From contig CAXKVF010000104.1 of assembly GCA_964057225.1 (NCBI GenBank), positions 1 to 54,605 on the forward strand: a stretch of 54,605 bases of DNA, given 5' to 3'. The notes under the pieces were generated by a model, which had not been told where the DNA came from, ran no database searches, and saw only the letters and a program-made list of their open reading frames with translations. Positions 1 to 11,400 of the stretch are shown piece by piece; position 1 is the stretch's first letter, and the number at the start of each line of letters is the position of its first letter. This stretch comes from Auanema rhodensis (lineage: Eukaryota > Animalia > Nematoda). A program made the translations under genes and the position numbers.

Positions 1-25
1 AAAACAAATTTTTATTGATATTGCT

Positions 26-40
26 TCATGGTAACCATGA
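26..40. repeat. Inverted repeat TCATGGT-A-ACCATGA (contains BstEII site GGTNACC), one per monomer
   Basis: 7-bp arms are exact reverse complements around a single central A. The arm shortens to 6 bp in GGTG-type monomers. Confidence 0.95.
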
Positions 41-59
41 CTTTGAAATTTACGTGAAC

Positions 60-79
60 TTTAATTTATGCTAATTAAA
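60..79. repeat. Inverted repeat TTTAATT-TATGCT-AATTAAA, one per monomer
   Basis: 7-bp arms (60-66 and 73-79) are reverse complements with a 6-nt loop. Confidence 0.9.
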
Positions 80-113
80 TGTACACGTGATGTGCACTTG
101 GTATGTAACTCGC

Positions 114-123
114 TTCACGTGAA
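114..123. other. Perfect palindrome TTCACGTGAA (E-box CACGTG core); second CACGTG at 84-89
   Basis: Read directly from the monomer. CACGTG is the canonical bHLH/bHLH-ZIP E-box, but protein binding is not shown. Confidence 0.85.
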
Positions 124-3100
124 AGATAAAGAGATGCGGTTTTCAAAATTAGATTCCCCATGTCCATATTAGTCTAAAAACAAATTTTTATTGATATTGC
201 TTCATGGTAACCATGACTTTGAAATTTACGTGAACTTTAATTTATGCTAATTAAATGTACACGTGATGTGCACTTGGTATGTAACTCGCTTCACGTGAAA
301 GATAAAGAGATGCGGTTTTCAAAATTAGATTCCCCATGTCCATATTAGTCTAAAAACAAATTTTTATTGATATTGGTGCATGGTAACCATGACTTTGAAA
401 TTTACGTGAACTTTAATTTATGCTAATTAAATGTACACGTGATGTGCACTTGTTATGTAACTCGCTTCACGTGAAAGATAAAGAGATGCGGTTTTCAAAA
501 TTAGATTCCCCATGTCCATATTAGTCTAAAAACAAATTTTTATTGATATTGGTTCATGGTAACCATGACTTTGAAATTTACGTGAACTTTAATTTATGCT
601 AATTAAATGTACACGTGATGTGCACTTGGTATGTAACTCGCTTCACGTGAAAGATAAAGAGATGCGGTTTTCAAAATTAGATTCCCCATTTCCATATTAG
701 TCTAAAAACAAATTTTTATTGATATTGGTGCATGGTAACCATGACTTTGAAATTTACGTGAACTTTAATTTATGCTAATTAAATGTACACGTGATGTGCA
801 CTTGGTATGTAACTCGCTTCACGTGAAAGATAAAGAGATGCGGTTTTCAAAATTAGATTCCCCATGTCCATATTAGTCTAAAAACAAATTTTTATTGATA
901 TTGGTTCATGGTAACCATGACTTTGAAATTTACGTGAACTTTAATTTATGCTAATTAAATGTACACGTGATGTGCACTTGGTATGTAACTCGCTTCACGT
1001 GAAAGATAAAGAGATGCGGTTTTCAAAATTAGATTCCCCATGTCCATATTAGTCTCAAAACAAATTTTTATTGATATTGCTTCATGGTAACCATGACTTT
1101 GAAATTTACGTGAACTTTAATTTATGCTAATTAAATGTACACGTGATGTGCACTTGGTATGTAACTCGCTTCACGTGAAAGATAAAGAGATGCGGTTTTC
1201 AAAATTAGATTCCCCCTGTCCATATTAGTCTAAAAACAAATTTTTATTGATATTGCTTCATGGTAACCATGACTTTGAAATTTACGTGAACTTTAATTTA
1301 TGCTAATTAAATGTACACGTGATGTGCACTTGGTATGTAACTCGCTTCACGTGAAAGATAAAGAGATGCGGTTTTCAAAATTAGATTCCCCATGTCCATA
1401 TTAGTCTAAAAACAAATTTTTATTGATATTGCTTCATGGTAACCATGACTTTGAAATTTACGTGAACTTTAATTTATGCTAATTAAATGTACACGTGATG
1501 TGCACTTGGTATGTAACTCGCTTCACGTGAAAGATAAAGAGATGCGGTTTTCAAAATTAGATTCCCCATGTCCATATTAGTCTAAAAACAAATTTTTATT
1601 GATATTGGTGCATGGTAACCATGACTTTGAAATTTACGTGAACTTTAATTTATGCTAATTAAATGTACACGTGATGTGCACTTGTTATGTAACTCATTTC
1701 ACGTGAAAGATAAAGAGATGCGGTTTTCAAAATTAGATTCCCCATGTCCATATTAGTCTAAAAACAAATTTTTATTGATATTGGTTCATGGTAACCATGA
1801 CTTTGAAATTTACGTGAACTTTAATTTATGCTAATCAAATGTACACGTGATGTGCACTTGGTATGTAACTCGCTTCACGTGAAAGATAAAGAGATGCGGT
1901 TTTCAAAATTAGATTCCCCATGTCCATATTAGTCTAAAAACAAATTTTTATTGATATTGGTGCATGGTAACCATGACTTTGAAATTTACGTGAACTTTAA
2001 TTTATGCTAATTAAATGTACACGTGATGTGCACTTGGTATGTAACTCGCTTCACGTGAAAGATAAAGAGATGCGGTTTTCAAAATTAGATTCCCCTAGTC
2101 CATATTAGTCTAAAAACAAATTTTTATTGATATTGGTTCATGGTAACCATGACTTTGAAATTTACGTGAACTTTAATTTATGCTAATTAAATGTACACGT
2201 GATGTGCACTTGGTATGTAACTCGCTTCACGTGAAAGATAAAGAGATGCGGTTTTCAAAATTAGATTCCCCATGTCCATATTAGTCTAAAAACAAATTTT
2301 TATTGATATTGGTTCATGGTAACCATGACTTTGAATTTTACGTGAACTTTAATTTATGCTAATTAAATGTACACGTGATGTGCACTTGGTATGTAACTCG
2401 CTTCACGTGAAAGATAAAGAGATGCGGTTTTCAAAATTAGATTCCCCATGTCCATATTAGTCTAAAAACAAATTTTTATTGATATTGCTTCATGGTAACC
2501 ATGACTTTGAAATTTACGTGAACTTTAATTTATGCTAATTAAATGTACACGTGATGTGCACTTGGTATGTAACTCGCTTCACGTGAAAGATAAAGAGATG
2601 CGGTTTTCAAAATTAGATTCCCCATGTCCATATTAGTCTCAAAACAAATTTTTATTGATATTGGTTCATGGTAACCATGACTTTGAAATTTACGTGAACT
2701 TTAATTTATGCTAATTAAATGTACACGTGATGTGCACTTGGTATGTAACTCGCTTCACGTGAAAGATAAAGAGATGCGGTTTTCAAAATTAGATTCCCCA
2801 TGTCCATATTAGTCTAAAAACAAATTTTTATTGATATTGGTGCATGGTAACCATGACTTTGAAATTTACGTGAACTTTAATTTATGCTAATTAAATGTAC
2901 ACGTGATGTGCACTTGGTATGTAACTCGCTTCACGTGAAAGATAAAGAGATGCGGTTTTCAAAATTAGATTCCCCATGTCCATATTAGTCTAAAAACAAA
3001 TTTTTATTGATATTGGTGCATGGTAACCATGACTTTGAAATTTACGTGAACTTTAATTTATGCTAATTAAATGTACACGTGATGTGCACTTGTTATGTAA

Positions 3101-6100
3101 CTCGCTTCACGTGAAAGATAAAGAGATGCGGTTTTCAAAATTAGATTCCCCATGTCCATATTAGTCTAAAAACAAATTTTTATTGATATTGGTTCATGGT
3201 AACCATGACTTTGAAATTTACGTGAACTTTAATTTATGCTAATTAAATGTACACGTGATGTGCACTTGGTATGTAACTCGCTTCACGTGAAAGATAAAGA
3301 GATGCGGTTTTCAAAAATAGATTCCCCATGTCCATATTAGTCTAAAAACAAATTTTTATTGATATAGGTTCATGGTAACCATGACTTTGAAATTTACGTG
3401 AACTTTAATTTATGCTAATTAAATGTACACGTGATGTGCACTTGGTATGTAACTCGCTTCACGTGAAAGATAAAGAGATGCGGTTTTCAAAATTAGATTC
3501 CCCATGTCCATATTAGTCTAAAAACAAATTTTTATTGATATTGGTGCATGGTAACCATGACTTTGAAATTTACGTGAACTTTAATTTATGCTAATTAAAT
3601 GTACACGTGATGTGCACTTAGTATGTAACTCGCTTCACGTGAAAGATAAAGAGATGCGGTTTTCAAAATTAGATTCCCCATGTCCATATTAGTCTCAAAA
3701 CAAATTTTTATTGATATTGGTTCATGGTAACCATGACTTTGAAATTTACGTGAACTTTAATTTATGCTAATTAAATGTACACGTGATGTGCACTTGGTAT
3801 GTAACTCGCTTCACGTGAAAGATAAAGAGATGCGGTTTTCAAAATTAGATTCCCCATGTCCATATTAGTCTAAAAACAAATTTTTATTGATATTGCTTCA
3901 TGGTAACCATGACTTTGAAATTTACGTGAACTTTAATTTATGCTAATTAAATGTACACGTGATGTGCACTTGGTATGTAACTCGCTTCACGTGAAAGATA
4001 AAGAGATGCGGTTTTCAAAATTAGATTCCCCCTGTCCATATTAGTCTAAAAACAAATTTTTATTGATATTGCTTCATGGTAACCATGACTTTGAAATTTA
4101 CGTGAACTTTAATTTATGCTAATTAAATGTACGCGTGATGTGCACTTGGTATGTAACTCGCTTCACGTGAAAGATAAAGAGATGCGGTTTTCAAAATTAG
4201 ATTCCCCATGTCCATATTAGTCTAAAAACAAATTTTTAATGATATTGCTTCATGGTAACCATGACTTTGAAATTTACGTGAACTTTAATTTATGCTAATT
4301 AAATGTACACGTGATGTGCACTTGGTATGTAACTCGCTTCACGTGAAAGATAAAGAGATACGGTTTTCAAAATTAGATTCCCCATGTCCATATTAGTCTA
4401 AAAACAAATTTTTATTGATATTGCTTCATGGTAACCATGACTTTGAAATTTACGTGAACTTTAATTTATGCTAATTAAATGTACACGTGATGTGCACTTG
4501 GTATGTAACTCGCTTCACGTGAAAGATAAAGAGATGCGGTTTTCAAAATTAGATTCCCCATGTCCATATTAGTCTAAAAACAAATTTTTATTGATATTGG
4601 TGCATGGTAACCATGACTTTGAAATTTACGTGAACTTTAATTTATGCTAATTAAATGTACACGTGATGTGCACTTGGTATGTAACTCGCTTCACGTGAAA
4701 GATAAAGAGATGCGGTTTTCAAAATTAGATTCCCCATGTCCATATTAGTCTCAAAACAAATTTTTATTGATATTGGTTCATGGTAACCATGACTTTGAAA
4801 TTTACGTGAACTTTAATTTATGCTAATTAAATGTACACGTGATGTGCACTTGGTATGTAACTCGCTTCACGTGAAAGATAAAGAGATGCGGTTTTCAAAA
4901 TTAGATTCCCCATGTCCATATTAGTCTAAAAACAAATTTTTATTGATATTGGTGCATGGTAACCATGACTTTGAAATTTACGTGAACTTTAATTTATGCT
5001 AATTAAATGTACACGTGATGTGCACTTGGTATGTAACTCGCTTCACGTGAAAGATAAAGAGATGCGGTTTTCAAAATTAGATTCCCCATGTCCATATTAG
5101 TCTAAAAACAAATTTTTATTGATATTGGTGCATGGTAACCATGACTTTGAAATTTACGTGAACTTTAATTTATGCTAATTAAATGTACACGTGATGTGCA
5201 CTTGGTATGTAACTCGCTTCACGTGAAAGATAAAGAGATGCGGTTTTCAAAATTAGATTCCCCATGTCCATATTAGTCTAAAAACAAATTTTTATTGATA
5301 TTGGTGCATGGTAACCATGACTTTGAAATTTACGTGAACTTTAATTTATGCTAATTAAATGTACACGTGATGTGCACTTGGTATGAAACTCGCTTCACGT
5401 GAAAGATAAAGAGATGCGGTTTTCAAAATTAGATTCCCCATGTCCATATTAGTCTAAAAACAAATTTTTATTGATATTGGTTCATGGTAACCATGACTTT
5501 GAATTTTACGTGAACTTTAATTTATGCTAATTAAATGTACACGTGATGTGCACTTGGTATGTAACTCGCTTCACGTGAAAGATAAAGAGATGCGGTTTTC
5601 AAAATTAGATTCCCCATGTCCATATTAGTCTAAAAACAAATTTTTATTGATATTGCTTCATGGTAACCATGACTTTGAAATTTACGTGAACTTTAATTTA
5701 TGCTAATTAAATGTACACGTGATGTGCACTTGGTATGTAACTCGCTTCACGTGAAAGATAAAGAGATGCGGTTTTCAAAATTAGATTCCCCATGTCCATA
5801 TTAGTCTCAAAACAAATTTTTATTGATATTGGTTCATGGTAACCATGACTTTGAAATTTACGTGAACTTTAATTTATGCTAATTAAATGTACACGTGATG
5901 TGCACTTGGTATGTAACTCGCTTCACGTGAAAGATAAAGAGATGCGGTTTTCAAAATTAGATTCCCCATGTCCATATTAGTCTAAAAACAAATTTTTATT
6001 GATATTGGTGCATGGTAACCATGACTTTGAAATTTACGTGAACTTTAATTTATGCTAATTAAATGTACACGTGATGTGCACTTGGTATGTAACTCGCTTC

Positions 6101-8448
6101 ACGTGAAAGATAAAGAGATGCGGTTTTCAAAATTAGATTCCCCATGTCCATATTAGTCTAAAAACAAATTTTTATTGATATTGGTGCATGGTAACCATGA
6201 CTTTGAAATTTACGTGAACTTTAATTTATGCTAATTAAATGTACACGTGATGTGCACTTGTTATGTAACTCGCTTCACGTGAAAGATAAAGAGATGCGGT
6301 TTTCAAAATTAGATTCCCCATGTCCATATTAGTCTAAAAACAAATTTTTATTGATATTGGTTCATGGTAACCATGACTTTGAAATTTACGTGAACTTTAA
6401 TTTATGCTAATTAAATGTACACGTGATGTGCACTTGGTATGTAACTCGCTTCACGTGAAAGATAAAGAGATGCGGTTTTCAAAAATAGATTCCCCATGTC
6501 CATATTAGTCTAAAAACAAATTTTTATTGATATTGGTTCATGGTAACCATGACTTTGAAATTTACGTGAACTTTAATTTATGCTAATTAAATGTACACGT
6601 GATGTGCACTTGGTATGTAACTCGCTTCACGTGAAAGATAAAGAGATGCGGTTTTCAAAATTAGATTCCCCATGTCCATATTAGTCTAAAAACAAATTTT
6701 TATTGATATTGGTGCATGGTAACCATGACTTTGAAATTTACGTGAAATTTAATTTATGCTAATTAAATGTACACGTGATGTGCACTTGGTATGTAACTCG
6801 CTTCACGTGAAAGATAAAGAGATGCGGTTTTCTAAATTAGATTCCCCATGTCCATATTAGTCTAAAAACAAATTTTTATTGATATTGGTTCATGGTAACC
6901 ATGACTTTGAAATTTACGTGAACTTTAATTTATGCTAATTAAATGTACACGTGATGTGCACTTGGTATGTAACTCGCTTCACGTGAAAGAAGAAGAGATG
7001 CGGTTTTCAAAATTAGATTCCCCATGTCCATATTAGTCTAAAAACAAATTTTTATTGATATTGGTTCATGGTAACCATGACTTTGAAATTTACGTGAACT
7101 TTAATTTATGCTAATTAAATGTACACGTGATGTGCACTTGGTATGTAACTCGCTTCACGTGAAAGATAAAGAGATGCGGTTTTCTAAATTAGATTCCCCA
7201 TGTCCATATTAGTCTAAAAACAAATTTTTATTGATATTGGTTCATGGTAACCATGACTTTGAAATTTACGTGAACTTTAATTTATGCTAATTAAATGTAC
7301 ACGTGATGTGCACTTGGTATGTAACTCGCTTCACGTGAAAGATAAAGAGATGCGGTTTTCAAAATTAGATTCCCCATGTCCATATTAGTCTAAAAACAAA
7401 TTTTTATTGATATTGGTGCATGGTAACCATGACTTTGAAATTTACGTGAACTTTAATTTATGCTAATTAAATGTACACGTGATGTGCACTTGGTATGTAA
7501 CTCGCTTCACGTGAAAGATAAAGAGATGCGGTTTTCAAAATTAGATTCCCCCTGTCCATATTAGTCTAAAAACAAATTTTTATTGATATTGCTTCATGGT
7601 AACCATGACTTTGAAATTTACGTGAACTTTAATTTATGCTAATTAAATGTACACGTGATGTGCACTTGGTATGTAACTCGCTTCACGTGAAAGATAAAGA
7701 GATGGGGTTTTCAAAATTAGATTCCCCATGTCCATATTAGTCTAAAAACAAATTTTTATTGATATTGCTTCATGGTAACCATGACTTTGAAATTTACGTG
7801 AACTTTAATTTATGCTAATTAAATGTACACGTGATGTGCACTTGGTATGTAACTCGCTTCACGTGAAAGATAAAGAGATGCGGTTTTCAAAATTAGATTC
7901 CCCATGTCCATATTAGTCTCAAAACAAATTTTTATTGATATTGGTTCATGGTAACCATGACTTTGAAATTTACGTGAACTTTAATTTATGCTAATTAAAT
8001 GTACACGTGATGTGCACTTGGTATGTAACTCGCTTCACGTGAAAGATAAAGAGATGCGGTTTTCAAAATTAGATTCCCCATGTCCATATTAGTCTAAAAA
8101 CAAATTTTTATTGATATTGGTGCATGGTAACCATGACTTTGAAATTTACGTGAACTTTAATTTATGCTAATTAAATGTACACGTGATGTGCACTTGGTAT
8201 GTAACTCGCTTCACGTGAAAGATAAAGAGATGCGGTTTTCAAAATTAGATTCCCCATGTCCATATTAGTCTAAAAACAAATTTTTATTGATATTGGTGCA
8301 TGGTAACCATGACTTTGAAATTTACGTGAACTTTAATTTATGCTAATTAAATGTACACGTGATGTGCACTTGTTATGTAACTCGCTTCACGTGAAAGATA
8401 AAGAGATGCGGTTTTCAAAATTAGATTCCCCATGTCCATATTAGTCTA

Positions 8449-11400
8449 AAAACAAATTTTTATTGATATTGGTTCATGGTAACCATGACTTTGAAATTTA
8501 CGTGAACTTTAATTTATGCTAATTAAATGTACACGTGATGTGCACTTGGTATGTAACTCGCTTCACGTGAAAGATAAAGAGATGCGGTTTTCAAAAATAG
8601 ATTCCCCATGTCCATATTAGTCTAAAAACAAATTTTTATTGATATTGGTTCATGGTAACCATGACTTTGAAATTTACGTGAACTTTAATTTATGCTAATT
8701 AAATGTACACGTGATGTGCACTTGGTATGTAACTCGCTTCACGTGAAAGATAAAGAGATGCGGTTTTCAAAATTAGATTCCCCATGTCCATATTAGTCTA
8801 AAAACAAATTTTTATTGATATTGGTGCATGGTAACCATGACTTTGAAATTTACGTGAACTTTAATTTATGCTAATTAAATGTACACGTGATGTGCACTTG
8901 GTATGTAACTCGCTTCACGTGAAAGATAAAGAGATGCGGTTTTCAAAATTAGATTCCCCATGTCCATATTAGTCTCAAAACAAATTTTTATTGATATTGG
9001 TTCATGGTAACCATGACTTTGAAATTTACGTGAACTTTAATTTATGCTAATTAAATGTACACGTGATGTGCACTTGGTATGTAACTCGCTTCACGTGAAA
9101 GATAAAGAGATGCGGTTTTCAAAATTAGATTCCCCATGTCCATATTAGTCTAAAAACAAATTTTTATTGATATTGCTTCATGGTAACCATGACTTTGAAA
9201 TTTACGTGAACTTTAATTTATGCTAATTAAATGTACACGTGATGTGCACTTGGTATGTAACTCGCTTCACGTGAAAGATAAAGAGATGCGGTTTTCAAAA
9301 TTAGATTCCCCCTGTCCATATTAGTCTAAAAACAAATTTTTATTGATATTGCTTCATGGTAACCATGACTTTGAAATTTACGTGAACTTTAATTTATGCT
9401 AATTAAATGTACACGTGATGTGCACTTGGTATGTAACTCGCTTCACGTGAAAGATAAAAAGATGCGGTTTTCAAAATTAGATTCCCCATGTCCATATTAG
9501 TCTAAAAACAAATTTTTATTGATATTGCTTCATGGTAACCATGACTTTGAAATTTACGTGAACTTTAATTTATGCTAATTAAATGTACACGTGATGTGCA
9601 CTTGGTATGTAACTCGCTTCACGTGAAAGATAAAGAGATGCGGTTTTCAAAATTAGATTCCCCATGTCCATATTAGTCTAAAAACAAATTTTTATTGATA
9701 TTGCTTCATGGTAACCATGACTTTGAAATTTACGTGAACTTTAATTTATGCTAATTAAATGTACACGTGATGTGCACTTGGTATGTAACTCGCTTCACGT
9801 GAAAGATAAAGAGATGCGGTTTTCAAAATTAGATTCCCCATGTCCATATTAGTCTCAAAACAAATTTTTATTGATATTGGTTCATGGTAACCATGACTTT
9901 GAAATTTACGTGAACTTTAATTTATGCTAATTAAATGTACACGTGATGTGCACTTGGTATGTAACTCGCTTCACGTGAAAGATAAAGAGATGCGGTTTTC
10001 AAAATTAGATTCCCCATGTCCATATTAGTCTAAAAACAAATTTTTATTGATATTGCTTCATGGTAACCATGACTTTGAAATTTACGTGAACTTTAATTTA
10101 TGCTAATTAAATGTACACGTGATGTGCACTTGGTATGTAACTCGCTTCACGTGAAAGATAAAGAGATGCGGTTTTCTAAATTAGATTCCCCATGTCCATA
10201 TTAGTCTAAAAACAAATTTTTATTGATATTGCTTCATGGTAACCATGACTTTGAAATTTACGTGAACTTTAATTTATGCTAATTAAATGTACACGTGATG
10301 TGCACTTGGTATGTAACTCGCTTCACGTGAAAGATAAAGAGATGCGGTTTTCTAAATTAGATTCCCCATGTCCATATTAGTCTAAAAACGAATTTTTATT
10401 GATATTGCTTCATGGTAACCATGACTTTGAAATTTACGTGAACTTTAATTTATGCTAATTAAATGTACACGTGATGTGCACTTGTTATGTAACTCGCTTC
10501 ACGTGAAAGATAAAGAGATGCGGTTTTCAAAATTAGATTCCCCATGTCCATATTAGTCTAAAAACAAATTTTTATTGATATTGGTTCATGGTAACCATGA
10601 CTTTGAAATTTACGTGAACTTTAATTTATGCTAATTAAATGTACACGTGATGTGCACTTGGTATGTAACTCGCTTCACGTGAAAGATAAAGAGATGCGGT
10701 TTTCAAAAATAGATTCCCCATGTCCATATTAGTCTAAAAACAAATTTTTATTGATATTGGTTCATGGTAACCATGACTTTGAAATTTACGTGAACTTTAA
10801 TTTATGCTAATTAAATGTACACGTGATGTGCACTTGGTATGTAACTCGCTTCACGTGAAAGATAAAGAGATGCGGTTTTCAAAATTAGATTCCCCATGTC
10901 CATATTAGTCTAAAAACAAATTTTTATTGATATTGGTGCATGGTAACCATGACTTTGAAATTTACGTGAACTTTAATTTATGCTAATTAAATGTACACGT
11001 GATGTGCACTTGGTATGTAACTCGCTTCACGTGAAAGATAAAGAGATGCGGTTTTCAAAATTAGATTCCCCATGTCCATATTAGTCTCAAAACAAATTTT
11101 TATTGATATTGGTTCATGGTAACCATGACTTTGAAATTTACGTGAACTTTAATTTATGCTAATTAAATGTACACGTGATGTGCACTTGGTATGTAACTCG
11201 CTTCACGTGAAAGATAAAGAGATGCGGTTTTCAAAATTAGATTCCCCATGTCCATATTAGTCTAAAAACAAATTTTTATTGATATTGCTTCATGGTAACC
11301 ATGACTTTGAAATTTACGTGAACTTTAATTTATGCTAATTAAATGTACACGTGATGTGCACTTGGTATGTAACTCGCTTCACGTGAAAGATAAAGAGATG

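Larger units (their letters stand above)
1..176 (+). repeat. Representative monomer (GCTT type)
   Basis: AAAACAAATTTTTATTGATATTG[C/G]T[T/G]CATGGTAACCATGACTTTGAAATTTACGTGAACTTTAATTTATGCTAATTAAATGTACACGTGATGTGCACTTGGTATGTAACTCGCTTCACGTGAAAGATAAAGAGATGCGGTTTTCAAAATTAGATTCCCCATGTCCATATTAGTCTA. Hand count gives 56/176 G+C (~32%) and 5 CpG. Confidence 0.98.

Noticed and set aside
109-125. CENP-B box
   Set aside because: CTCGCTTCACGTGAA only partly resembles TTCGNNNNANNCGGG; the TTCG and CGGG essentials are not matched.
1-176. Assignment to Brassica CentBr (176 bp), Arabidopsis CEN178, primate alpha satellite or honeybee AluI repeat
   Set aside because: Similar length only. I recognise no sequence similarity, and the monomer has no HindIII or AluI (AGCT) site. 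Species assignment needs a database search.
1-176. Tandem 5S rRNA, tRNA, snRNA or spliced-leader gene unit
   Set aside because: No recognisable conserved RNA sequence, cloverleaf or Pol III A/B/C boxes.
1-528. Protein-coding repeat or ORF running through monomers
   Set aside because: 176 is not a multiple of 3 and TAA/TGA/TAG triplets are frequent on both strands, so any frame soon hits a stop. Only trivial short ORFs are possible.
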